From Candidatus Latescibacterota bacterium (GTDB lineage: Bacteria > Latescibacterota > UBA2968 > UBA8231), in contig OZ252098.1 in assembly GCA_965248355.1 (NCBI GenBank), positions 2,720,001-2,784,000 on the forward strand: a stretch of 64,000 bases of DNA, read 5' to 3'. Shown here piece after piece: positions 52,695 to 61,979 of this stretch. Below the pieces are notes generated by a model, which worked only from the letters and a program-made list of their open reading frames with translations, made no database searches and had not been told where the DNA came from. Made by a program: the position numbers and the translations under genes. Each line of letters begins with the position of its first letter. Within the stretch, counting starts at the first letter, position 1.

Positions 52695-53674
52695 GACTCG
52701 TCCCCGCCGTCGATGCGGTAGAGGGGCTCCAGGCCGGCGGCGACGCGGTCGACGTTGCCGGCGGCGCAGGCCGCCCGCTTGCGGGAGGTCTCGGCGGTGA
52801 CGCCCGCGACGTGGGGGGTGGCCACGACGTTGGGCAGGGCGTACACGGGATCGCCGGGGTCCGGCGGCTCCTTCCCGAAGACGTCCAGGCCGGCGCCCCC
52901 GAGTCGGCCGGCGAGCAGCGCTTCCGACAGGGCCTCCTCGTCCACCAGGGCGCCGCGGGCGACGTTGATCAGGCAGGCCGAGGGCTTCATCAGGGCGAGC
53001 CTCCGGGCGTCGATCAGGTGCCGGGTGCTCTCGTTCAGGTGCAGGTGCAGGGACAGGTAGTCGCTGCCCGCCACCACCTCGTCGAGCCGGTCGTCGCCGA
53101 GGACGAACTCCGCGCCCAGCTCCTCGAGCACCTCTTCCTCGATGGGGCGCACGTTCACTCCCACCACTCGCAGGCCGAAGGGCCGGGCCCGCCGCGCCAG
53201 CTCCTGGCCGCTGGCCCCGAAGCCGATGATGCCCAGGGTGCGGCCCTCCAGCTCGTGGGCCAGCGGCTGGTACAGCTCGCCCTCGCGGAACCGGCGCTCG
53301 CTCTCACGGTAGCGCCGCGCCAGCATGAGGATCAGCATCATGGCCAGCTCGGCCAGGGCCGTGGCGCTGAAGGGGCCGGGAGTGTTGGCCACGGGGATCC
53401 CCTTCGACTTGACGTACTCCAGGTCGAAGTGGTCGAACCCCGTGCCCAGGATCTGCCACAGCCGCGCCGAGACGGCGGCGTCCATCATCGCCCGCGTGCT
53501 GGCGCTGCCGCCCTGGTCGAGTATTGCCTCGACGCCGGCGAACTGCTCTTCCAGCGGACGGCCGGGGTCGAGCACGGCCAGGTCGTGGCGGCCGCCCACG
53601 GCTGCGATCACGTCGGTGCCCCAGGGCTCCAACATGCTCTCCGTGGGGAGCAGCAGGACCTTCAAACGTCTCAT
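52691..53674 (-). CDS. D-isomer-specific 2-hydroxyacid dehydrogenase
   Basis: LGIIGFGASG, LMKPSACLINVARG, GAGLDVF..EP, TPHVAG. Confidence 0.92.
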   Translation of the reverse strand: MRRLKVLLLPTESMLEPWGTDVIAAVGGRHDLAVLDPGRPLEEQFAGVEAILDQGGSASTRAMMDAAVSARLWQILGTGFDHFDLEYVKSKGIPVANTPGPFSATALAELAMMLILMLARRYRESERRFREGELYQPLAHELEGRTLGIIGFGASGQELARRARPFGLRVVGVNVRPIEEEVLEELGAEFVLGDDRLDEVVAGSDYLSLHLHLNESTRHLIDARRLALMKPSACLINVARGALVDEEALSEALLAGRLGGAGLDVFGKEPPDPGDPVYALPNVVATPHVAGVTAETSRKRAACAAGNVDRVAAGLEPLYRIDGGDES

Positions 53675-53925
53675 GGCTCAATCTCCACGGGCGCCGCGGC
53701 GCCGTGCTCCTCGTTCAGTGTGTGGGCGAGATGACGGGGGTCCATCCCCACCTCCGGTGAGTGGTCGAGGCCAACTCGGTCCTCCCGGGCCGAGGCCTGC
53801 CGGCACGCTGCCGGGGCCGCGGGGAAGGCCTGCCGGCTCCAGCGCTGCAAGGTAAGAAAACAAGGGCCGGCCGGGCGCCGTCACCTCCCTTGACCGGAGC
53901 CCGCACGCCCCTGATCCTTCACCTC

Positions 53926-54393
53926 ATGATCATGCCTCAGGACCCCTCCGGCGAGCAGCCCCGGGCCAAGGTGAAGAAGGGCATCACCTTCGGCGCCTTC
54001 GACCTCTTCCACGCCGGCCACGTGCTCATGCTGCAGGAGGCCAAGACCGTCTGCGACCACCTGATCGTCTGCATCCAGACCGACCCCACCATCGACCGGC
54101 CCGGGAAGAACAAGCCGATCCAGAGCATCGTCGAACGCCAGATCCAGGTGTCGGCCTGCAAGTACGTGGACGAGATCATCGTCTACGACACCGAGGACGA
54201 CGTCGTCGAAATCCTGCGCTCCGTCGACTGGGACGTCCGCATCCTGGGTGACGAGTACCGGGACACGGACTTCACCGGCCGCGCGGAGTCTGTCGACCGC
54301 TGCTACTTCAACACCCGGCCCCACACCTTCTCCAGCTCCGAGCTGCGGCTGCGAGTCGCCCGCGAGACGAAGGATCCGGAGGACAAGGATTGA
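53926..54393 (+). CDS. Cytidylyltransferase (TagD-like)
   Basis: TFGAFDLFHAGH, ER...V.ACKYVDE, SSSELR. Confidence 0.85.
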   Translation: MIMPQDPSGEQPRAKVKKGITFGAFDLFHAGHVLMLQEAKTVCDHLIVCIQTDPTIDRPGKNKPIQSIVERQIQVSACKYVDEIIVYDTEDDVVEILRSVDWDVRILGDEYRDTDFTGRAESVDRCYFNTRPHTFSSSELRLRVARETKDPEDKD

Positions 54394-54406
54394 GGCGGAC
54401 CTCGAG

Positions 54407-56014
54407 TCAGTGCAGGAGCGTCAGCTTGCGGCTCTCCTGCACGCCGTCGACGGAGAGCACGAGGAAATACGTGCCCGAGGCCTGGAACCGGCCCTCCTGA
54501 TCGCGGCCGTCCCAGACATACTGGTAGTCCCCCGCCGGCCGCTCGGCCTCCGCGGCCAGCACCCGCACCCGTTGCCCCAACTCGTCGTAGATGTGCACCG
54601 AGACGTTGGCCGATTGGTCCAGGTGGAAGGCGAGGGTGACCGCGGCATTGGAGGGATTCGGATAGAGCCGCAGGGAGGGAGGTCCCCCTTCCGGGCGGCT
54701 CGGTGTGGAGTTCTGCTCGACCGTCCCGATGCTCGTGGGCACCGCGGGCTCGCCGACGCCGCAGATGCGGCGCAGGAAGGAGAACGTGCCTCCGTCCCAC
54801 AAATGGCCCGACGGCGGATACATTGCGACGAGGAGATCGCCCTCCGGCGTAAGTAGCACGAGAAAGGGTTCCCAGATCGGGGCGTCCAGGGCCGGCCCGC
54901 CGTCGCCCATCTGGTCTCGACAGGTGTGCCCGGACAGCCGCTTTCCGGTTGCCACTTGTTTCTCCAAGGCAGCACAGCCGCTGATGTACAGGTAATTTCT
55001 CCCGTCCCCCGCGATCGTTTCGAGGATTCCGTCGGCGCCCACGCGGTGAATGCGGCCGTATCCGAGATTGGCGATATACAGGACTCCCCGGGCATCGATG
55101 ACGAAGTCCAAGACATAGAGAGGCGCCTCGGTGGCCGGCCTGCCATTGGCGGCATACTCCGGGGTGTAGTGGATAGAGCTATGGATCTCGTCGCCCCAGT
55201 CCGATCCGGCGACGATCTCGAGGGTGCCGTCGTCAGAGCGCCGAAAGATCTTTCGACCGTTTGAGAAGTACAGTCTCCCTTGAGCATCCAGCCGCAAGGC
55301 CCCTGCCCAACGCGTCACCAGCAGCCGGGAGATGACTCCCTGCGCATCGATGCGCTGGATGCCTCCCATCCCGCCGACGAGCAGCTGGCCCCCGGGATCG
55401 AAGAGCAGCGAAGAGAAGGGACCGGACTCGACCCGGGCGGCAAAGGTGGTCACTTGCCCGTCCGCTTCGAGCCGGGCGATGCGGGCCTCCGTCCTGAGGG
55501 TTCCTCGGCGGTTGACATAGTCGACGAAGTAGAGCCGGCCCTGCCGGTCGAAGGCCATCGGCCCCGGGGCAATGCGCGCCTCCAGGGCCGCCACCGTGTC
55601 CTGTAGAACGTTGGTCTCTCGTAGCAGGGGGTCCCGCCAGGTATAGGCGTCGTCTTCTTGGGTGGAGTATTGGGGCACGCCAACGATGCGGGTGGCGCTG
55701 CCATCGGCTTCGAGACGGTATATGATCGTCTGGTCGGCCACATGGACGCGCCCCTGCGGACCCAAGGCCAGGGCCTGCGGATAGTAGCTGCGGTAGTCCG
55801 GGGCGGCCACCAGGTCCACACCGCCCCCTACGCTCAGGTACTCCGACGGGTAGATCTTGTAGTCGCGGAAGGCGGCGATGTAGTCGCCGCCTTCCGGGGC
55901 GGTCACCGTGGTGATGGTCCCGGGTGGGCCGCAGGGCGGCAGGGCCCACCCAAGGGACCCCGGGCCCAGTGACCCGAGAACGAGGACAACACAGTACCGA
56001 TGCCTGGCGGCCAT
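54407..56014 (-). CDS. Secreted NHL-repeat beta-propeller with C-terminal FlgD-Ig/T9SS-like domain
   Basis: NHL repeats, GDGGPALDA; YPNPSN...IYDELGQRVRVL...WDGRD...ASGTYF. Confidence 0.85.
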   Translation of the reverse strand: MAARHRYCVVLVLGSLGPGSLGWALPPCGPPGTITTVTAPEGGDYIAAFRDYKIYPSEYLSVGGGVDLVAAPDYRSYYPQALALGPQGRVHVADQTIIYRLEADGSATRIVGVPQYSTQEDDAYTWRDPLLRETNVLQDTVAALEARIAPGPMAFDRQGRLYFVDYVNRRGTLRTEARIARLEADGQVTTFAARVESGPFSSLLFDPGGQLLVGGMGGIQRIDAQGVISRLLVTRWAGALRLDAQGRLYFSNGRKIFRRSDDGTLEIVAGSDWGDEIHSSIHYTPEYAANGRPATEAPLYVLDFVIDARGVLYIANLGYGRIHRVGADGILETIAGDGRNYLYISGCAALEKQVATGKRLSGHTCRDQMGDGGPALDAPIWEPFLVLLTPEGDLLVAMYPPSGHLWDGGTFSFLRRICGVGEPAVPTSIGTVEQNSTPSRPEGGPPSLRLYPNPSNAAVTLAFHLDQSANVSVHIYDELGQRVRVLAAEAERPAGDYQYVWDGRDQEGRFQASGTYFLVLSVDGVQESRKLTLLH

Positions 56015-56022
56015 GGCCCCCC

Positions 56023-56373
56023 TCAGTCGAGGATCTCCTCCACCCGTTCCGCCGGCCGGGCGATCACCGCCCGGTCCCCGCGCACACAGATGGGCCGGTT
56101 CATCACCCCCGGATGCTCCAGCAGCAACCCCACGAGGGCGTCGGCCGTGCCATAGTCGTCCAGGTCGAGGTCGAGGTCCTCGAAGGCCCCCGGATGGATC
56201 ATCTCCCGGGGGTCGCAGCCGAGCAGCTCCAGGAACCGTCTCAACTGCGCCTCGTCCGGCGGGTCGTGCAAGTACTCGACGACGTCGAACTCGACGCCTC
56301 GGGCGCGCAGGATCTGAAGCGCGCCCCTCGACTTGCTTCAGCCGGGGTTGTGGTAGAGGGTGATCTTGTCCAC
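56023..56373 (-). CDS. arsC: ArsC-family (glutaredoxin-type) arsenate reductase, probable selenoprotein (in-frame TGA at 56338-56340)
   Basis: GTG start with GAGGAG RBS; ITLYHNPG-TGA-SKSRGAL matches HNPxCSxSR; downstream VEYL..P, HP..MNRPI, IARP intact; hairpin right after TGA. Confidence 0.85.
56299..56331 (-). promoter_or_regulatory. Candidate bacterial SECIS hairpin
   Basis: mRNA UCGAGGGGCGCG-CUUCA-GAUCC-UG-CGCGCCCGA starting 6 nt after UGA; apical loop can begin with G about 23 nt after UGA. Confidence 0.65.
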
Positions 56374-56387
56374 GGCGGTTCTCCTCT

Positions 56388-57776
56388 CTATTCGAAGAGC
56401 AGCACCCCGAAGCGGTCGGGGCGGTGGGCGTTCCCGTAGGTCGGCACCCACTGGCCGTACTCCGAGGCGTTGCCGATGCGCACGCGGGCCACGTTGAAGC
56501 CCCACTCCACGCCCGGCGCGACGGGGCCCTCCTCCAGCTGCGCCACCGGGATCGCCGCCTCGACGACCCAGAAGGTGTCGGCCACGGCGGTGCCCACCTC
56601 GATGGCGCCGTTCCAGGACGGTCCCGGCCGGCCGGGACCGTGGTGGCTGTCCCGGATGGTGCCGAGGGTGTTGATGATGAAATGGTGGAAGGACTGGCTG
56701 TCGCGGTTGGTGTCGATGAAGAGCTCCAGGCAGTCGTCGGCGTGGACGTCGCCGTCCCGCTCCGTCTCCGCGGCGGCCAGGTTCGCCGTGTTCGCCTCGT
56801 AGGCCTTCACGGCGACGAAGAGGGTGTCGGCGCGATAGCCGATCCAGGCCTCCGAGCGGCCCTCGGCCCGCCGCGCCGTGAGCCGCCAGATGCACTGGTA
56901 GAACTCGGTCAGGGGCTGCACCGGCCGCCACGCCGGCTCGTCGAGGAGACCATCAATGCGCGGGCTCTCCTTCAATTCGGGCACGCGCGCCACCATGCCG
57001 AGGCGCTCCAGGTACTCCCGGCCTCGCTCCTCGTCGCCGTTGGCGTAGAACAGCCGTCCCAGCTTCTGGTGGATGTTGAGGCTCCCCGGCGCCAGCTCCA
57101 GCGCCGAGCGCAGCAGTTCCTCGGCGCCGGCCGCGTCGGCGGCCAGGAAGAGCTTTTCCGCCTCCCCGGCCAGGTCCTCGGCCAGCACCTCCAGCCACTC
57201 CCGGGCCGCGATACGCAGATCCTCCGGCGGACCGGCGGCGATCAGGTCCTGCAGCACGGCGGCGAAGCTCTCCTTCTGGGCCGCATCCAGCAGGTCGGGG
57301 TCCACCCGCGTGCCCCAGTCGTCGTGCCAGTCGGAGGCCATGAACTCGAGGGCGGCCAGGATCTCCCCCTTCATGGCCGGATCGGTCTCGGCCTCGAAGC
57401 GCGCCAGCAGGGGGGGCACGGCCTCGGGCCGCCGCAGGTTGCCGAGGGCGCGGGCCACGCCGGCGCGCACCCGGGGCTCCGGGTCCTCCAGGCCGGCCAC
57501 GAGGCTGGCGAAGATGCGGCCGTCGGCCTCGCGCAGGTAGAGCCGGTAGAGGGACTCGGCCAGGTCGACGCGGGCCCGCGCCGGCAGGGAGCGGTCCTCG
57601 AAGGCGGCGATCAGCGGATCGACGGCGGTGCCCCTGGCCATGTTCAGGGCCAGCCGCGCCTCCTCGAGATCGCCGCCGCCCTCGACGATGGTGTCGATGT
57701 GGCGCTGCACGGGGTCGCCGCAGGCCGCCAGACAGGCGAGGGCGCCGGCCAGGATGAGGGGGCGCGTCCCGATCAT
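56388..57776 (-). CDS. Lipoprotein with HEAT/TPR repeats and CBM9-like C-terminal domain
   Basis: Lipobox LAAC; LEDPEPRVRAGVARALG; PRIDGLLDEPAW...DDCLELFID...WVVEAAIP...WGFNVAR. Confidence 0.8.
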   Translation of the reverse strand: MIGTRPLILAGALACLAACGDPVQRHIDTIVEGGGDLEEARLALNMARGTAVDPLIAAFEDRSLPARARVDLAESLYRLYLREADGRIFASLVAGLEDPEPRVRAGVARALGNLRRPEAVPPLLARFEAETDPAMKGEILAALEFMASDWHDDWGTRVDPDLLDAAQKESFAAVLQDLIAAGPPEDLRIAAREWLEVLAEDLAGEAEKLFLAADAAGAEELLRSALELAPGSLNIHQKLGRLFYANGDEERGREYLERLGMVARVPELKESPRIDGLLDEPAWRPVQPLTEFYQCIWRLTARRAEGRSEAWIGYRADTLFVAVKAYEANTANLAAAETERDGDVHADDCLELFIDTNRDSQSFHHFIINTLGTIRDSHHGPGRPGPSWNGAIEVGTAVADTFWVVEAAIPVAQLEEGPVAPGVEWGFNVARVRIGNASEYGQWVPTYGNAHRPDRFGVLLFE

Positions 57777-59155
57777 TTGATGTCGTAACGCAGGAAGGAG
57801 AGGTAGGCGGCCATGAAGAACAGGACGGTCCAGGCGGCCAGCAGCATCACGTCGGGCAGGACCGCGGCCAGGCGTTCCGCCACGGGCGCGGGCCGGTAGA
57901 TCCAGCGCGGACGGCCGCTGAGATCGTGCCGCTCCCCCATGCGCTGCTCGGCCCAGGCGCGGCTGTAGAGCTCGGTCACGTAGACCGTCAGGCGGCGGCG
58001 GTACTCGGGCAGGCTCTGCCGGAAGCGGCGGTCCTCGGTGAGGCCGGCCCCGGCCAGCTCGGTGGCGGCGTAGGCGAAGGAGGAGAAGGGGGAGAGGCGC
58101 GACAGGTTCCGGGCCACCGACACCTGGGCGGCCAGCTCGTTGGCGTAGCGGCCCTCGATCCGGCCCTCGTCGTCGATCCTCTGCAACACCCGCTTCTGCC
58201 AGCGCAGGTTCCACATGGCGCCCCAGCGGCCGTCGTCCCCCCAGCGCTCGATCTCGGGGTTCTTCTCATGGAACTCGTCCAACTCCTCGTCGAAGGCCTC
58301 GCCGGCGGCCTCGTCGCTGGCCGCCTTCTCCTCCTCCACCTCCACGAAGTTGCGCAGGGGCACCGCCTCGGCCGCCAGGTAGGGCGCCGCGTTGGGGACC
58401 ACCAGGATCATCAGCACCCAGACCATGAGCAGGACGGTGATCGACGTCGAGGTCAGATGCGTGCGGGCCGAGACCAGGATCCCCATCCCGTAGACGGCGG
58501 CCAGGTAGAGCAGGCCCACGGCGACCAGCAGCACCAGGGCGGTCCAGTCCTGCTCGCCCAGCTCGACGCCGGGAATCACCATGACCACCACGAGGGCGGC
58601 GGTCACGGCCAGCAGGAAGGGCGCCGTCAGGGCCAGGTAGCCGCCGAGCCACTTGGCCAGCAGCACCAGGTCCCGGGGCGCCGAGTACGACATGAGCAGC
58701 TTCAGAGTGCCCGACTCCTTCTCGCCCGAGACGGCGTCGTAGCCGAAGGCGAGGGCCAGCAGGCTCATGACCACGCCGATGAAGAACAGCATGTCCACGG
58801 GCGGGAAGAGGTACGACACCGGGTTGACCTCGTGCTCGGCCTCGAAGATCGGCTGCCGCTCATGGGTGATCCGGGCCGAGACGACCAGCCTCGGGTCGAT
58901 GCCGCGCACGAAGATCCGCATCGGGCTCAGGGGCTTGTCGATGACGACGCCGTCGTCCCAGATGTCGCCGCTCTCCTCGAGCTCGTTGTCGTGCATCACC
59001 ACGTTCGTGCGGTAGTCGGCCAGGGCTTCCTTGTAGTCGCGGGTCAGCACCACGGCGCTGGACAGGGTGATCACCAGGCAGATGATGCAGGCCATGGCGA
59101 AGCGCAGGCTCAACAGCTGCTCCAGCAGCTCCTTGCGGATCAGGTGGGCGAGCAC
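57773..59155 (-). CDS. ABC-2 type transporter permease
   Basis: LIRKE, YDAVSGEKESGTLKLLMS..PR...LLAKWLG, FLRYD. Confidence 0.88.
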   Translation of the reverse strand: MLAHLIRKELLEQLLSLRFAMACIICLVITLSSAVVLTRDYKEALADYRTNVVMHDNELEESGDIWDDGVVIDKPLSPMRIFVRGIDPRLVVSARITHERQPIFEAEHEVNPVSYLFPPVDMLFFIGVVMSLLALAFGYDAVSGEKESGTLKLLMSYSAPRDLVLLAKWLGGYLALTAPFLLAVTAALVVVMVIPGVELGEQDWTALVLLVAVGLLYLAAVYGMGILVSARTHLTSTSITVLLMVWVLMILVVPNAAPYLAAEAVPLRNFVEVEEEKAASDEAAGEAFDEELDEFHEKNPEIERWGDDGRWGAMWNLRWQKRVLQRIDDEGRIEGRYANELAAQVSVARNLSRLSPFSSFAYAATELAGAGLTEDRRFRQSLPEYRRRLTVYVTELYSRAWAEQRMGERHDLSGRPRWIYRPAPVAERLAAVLPDVMLLAAWTVLFFMAAYLSFLRYDIK

Positions 59156-59162
59156 GGCGTCC

Positions 59163-60551
59163 TCAGGTCACGTCGTAGCGCAGGAAGAACAGGTAGGAGA
59201 GCAGGAAGAACAGGACGTTGAAGACCGCCAGCAGCAGCACGTCGAAGAGCACGGCGTCCACCACGGCGTCCAGACGCGCCTGCTCCATCCGCAGCGCCGG
59301 CCACTGGTCGACCTGCAGCCAGCCGTCGTCGGGCATGTCGCCATTGTTGTCGTGGTATTCCTCGTCCCATTCCCGCCAGTGCTCGGAGAACTCCTCGCCG
59401 TAGCGCCGGACCGCGGTGTTGAAGGCGGTGAACAGGTCCACCCCCGTGCCGGACAGGTCGCTGGCGGCCAGCACGAAACTGGCCGACGGAGAGGCCCGGG
59501 CCAGGTTGCGGCTCAGGTCCACCTGCCGGCGCAGCCGGTCCCGGTAGTACTGGTCGATCCTGTCCTTGCGCGCCTGTCCCTGCCTCTCGATCTCGTCGGT
59601 CATCTCCTCGGCCTGGCGGCCGTAGCCGAGCATGTTCCGGCCCACCCGCTGCACGCCGATCTCGGTCTCGCGGTCCACGGCGGCCTTCTCGGCCTCGATC
59701 TTCTGCAGCGTCGGCACCGCCACGGCCAGACGGGCCGCCACCGGGGCCAGGTTGGGGATGACGAGGATCCAGCAGATCCACACGAAGAGGGAGACGAGGA
59801 GCGCCGTCGACGCCTTGTGGGTGAGGGTGGAGATGAGCATGCCGAGGGCGAAGAACACGGAGACGTAGAGCAGGGAGACCCCGGCGATCCACAGGAACCG
59901 CGACAGGAAGTCGGCGTCGACCTGCACGCTGCCGGTGAGGACCACGTAGGTGAAGGCGGCGAAGAGGGCCGCCGCCAGCGGCACCGCGAGGGAGAGGTAG
60001 CCGCCGATCCACTTGCCGAGCAGCACCAGGTCCCGGGGCACGCGGTTGGCCAGCAGGATCTTCAGGGTGCCCCGCTCCTTCTCGCCGCAGACGGCGTCGA
60101 AGACGAAGAGCAGGGCCAGCAGGGAGATGACGATGTTGGCGATGTAGGCGTAGTCGGGAGAGGCGAAGAGCCGGAAGAGGGGGTTCCGGTAGCGGTCGTC
60201 GTCGACCGGGGCCACGTGCCACAAGGAGACGTTGACCTGCGTCGGCAGCCGGTCCTCCAGGCCCTTGACGAAGACGCTCATGGGCCGGGGGGCGCGGTCG
60301 CCGTAGAACCCGCTGCCCCCGAAGAGGATGTCGTGGAGGGCCTCGTCGGGCTCCTCGGCCTCCTGCACGGAGCGGACCTGCTCGTGGTGCCGGGCGGAGC
60401 TGACCTCGTGCAGGCGCAGGGCCCGCTCGTAGCCGCGGGTCATGGTGAAGACGCTCACCAGGGTGAGCACGAAGAACAGGACGAAGGTCACGGCGAAGCG
60501 CAGGCTCAGGACGCCGAGGACGATCTCCTTGCGGATCAGGGACAGCAGCAT
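59163..60551 (-). CDS. ABC-2 type transporter permease (paralog)
   Basis: LIRKE, FDAVCGEKERGTLKILLAN.VPR..LLGKWIG, FLRYD. Confidence 0.88.
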   Translation of the reverse strand: MLLSLIRKEIVLGVLSLRFAVTFVLFFVLTLVSVFTMTRGYERALRLHEVSSARHHEQVRSVQEAEEPDEALHDILFGGSGFYGDRAPRPMSVFVKGLEDRLPTQVNVSLWHVAPVDDDRYRNPLFRLFASPDYAYIANIVISLLALLFVFDAVCGEKERGTLKILLANRVPRDLVLLGKWIGGYLSLAVPLAAALFAAFTYVVLTGSVQVDADFLSRFLWIAGVSLLYVSVFFALGMLISTLTHKASTALLVSLFVWICWILVIPNLAPVAARLAVAVPTLQKIEAEKAAVDRETEIGVQRVGRNMLGYGRQAEEMTDEIERQGQARKDRIDQYYRDRLRRQVDLSRNLARASPSASFVLAASDLSGTGVDLFTAFNTAVRRYGEEFSEHWREWDEEYHDNNGDMPDDGWLQVDQWPALRMEQARLDAVVDAVLFDVLLLAVFNVLFFLLSYLFFLRYDVT

Positions 60552-60612
60552 GAGAATGAGGGGGGACCCGGGCGCGGTGGAGGTGGGCGGCCAAGTTAAG
60601 GGCGGGGGTGGA

Positions 60613-61008
60613 TCACCTCCAGTCCTCGATCTTCAGGCCGTCGACCCGGCCGAACTCCCTTGTGTTGCTGGTGACGACGGTCAATCCCCGGGAGAGGGCT
60701 ACGGCGGCGATCTGGGTGTCCCGTTCGCTGATCGGTTGTCCGCTCTCCTCGAGCCGGGCGCGCACGGTGGCGTACCTCCGCGTGGCGGCCTCGTCGAAGG
60801 GATGCAGCTCCAGTTGCGACAGGATGCGGGCGATTCGCTCACGGCGTTCTCCCTTTCTCGAGGGGGACTTCTCGATGCCGCAGAGGATCTCCGCGAGAGT
60901 GATGGAGGACAGGGCCAGCTCGGAGGGCGGGTGACTGCGCAGGCGCCCGAGGATCCGGGCTTCACCCCGCATCCAGTAGCTGACGATGTTCGTGTCGAGG
61001 AGGTACAT
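60613..61008 (-). CDS. vapC: PIN-domain toxin VapC
   Basis: YLLDTN, LAE, D.QIAA.A, VTSN.REF.RV.GL.IEDW. Confidence 0.92.
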   Translation of the reverse strand: MYLLDTNIVSYWMRGEARILGRLRSHPPSELALSSITLAEILCGIEKSPSRKGERRERIARILSQLELHPFDEAATRRYATVRARLEESGQPISERDTQIAAVALSRGLTVVTSNTREFGRVDGLKIEDWR

Positions 61009-61247
61009 CAGTTCGTGTCATCCAGGTCGACGGACGATGTGGGCAGTGGAGACGGCACCTCAAAGTCCGGATCCGGGGCGAATGTGTCCCAGAACCCGGC
61101 GGGCCACCGTGTCTGCTCCAGCGGTTCGAGGATGACCCGGTCTCCCTCCCTGGAAATGCGGACCTCCGTACCCCGGAAGCGGAACTCCTTGGGCAGCCGG
61201 ACGGCCTGGGAACGTCCGTTGAGGAACAACTTGGCGGTTGTGGCCAT
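61008..61247 (-). CDS. vapB: AbrB-type antitoxin VapB
   Basis: AKLFLNGRSQAVRLPKEFRF; coupled to vapC. Confidence 0.92.
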   Translation of the reverse strand: MATTAKLFLNGRSQAVRLPKEFRFRGTEVRISREGDRVILEPLEQTRWPAGFWDTFAPDPDFEVPSPLPTSSVDLDDTN

Positions 61248-61260
61248 GTGGCCTCCTGGT

Positions 61261-61283
61261 GAGATATATCAGTATATATTCTC
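61261..61283. promoter_or_regulatory. Palindromic operator upstream of vapB
   Basis: GAG-ATATAT-CAGT-ATATAT-TCTC inverted repeat. Confidence 0.5.
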
Positions 61284-61319
61284 GATCTTCCGGGATCAAT
61301 CCCGCCCTGAAGGGGAGAC

Positions 61320-61908
61320 CTGAACGAAAATCGTATCATCGACCGGGGACGCTCCTACCAGGGGCGCGGGGCGGTCCGCGATCTGGGGCGCACCGAGGGC
61401 GGGGCCCTGGTCGCCTGGGTGCAGGGAAGCCGGCCCTATGCCACCCGGGTGCGCATCAAGGGCCGGAAGAACCTGGAATCCGAATGCACCTGTCCCTACT
61501 GGACGACCTGCAAGCACGCCGTGGCCGTGGTGCTGGAATACTCGGAAAGCATCAAGGCGGGGATCGAGGTCGGCCGGGTCGAGGAGGACGAGGAGCATGG
61601 GGCGCGCTCCGGGCGTCCGGCATCCAGGAAAACCGGAACGGCGTCTCTGCGCACCTACCCATCCGGACCGCGCGATCGGCATCTGGAAGAAGGTGGCGGA
61701 GAGCCAGATCGCCCGGGTCCAGGCGAGTGGCTACGAGGCCGCGGTTCCCTACTTGCGAAAGGTGAAGACCGCCTTCACCCGGTCCGGCCGCAAGCAGGAG
61801 TGGGAGGGCTACCTGGCTTCCCTGCGGGAGCGGAACCGCCGCCGGCCGCGGTGCCTGGAGATCCTGGGCCGGCTGGAGAGTGGGCGCCGGCGGATCATCG
61901 ACGGCTGA
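61320..61908 (+). pseudogene. SWIM zinc-finger protein remnant (5'-truncated, internally deleted)
   Basis: RGRSY...V.G...Y, CTCPYWTTCKHAVA; C-terminal part (YEAA..YL.K...RRRP) in another frame. Confidence 0.75.
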
Positions 61909-61979
61909 GGCCGGCGACTCGACGGGTCATGCCGACGAGATCCTCACCCTCTGGCAATCTCAGCGCCCGAAGGGGCGCG

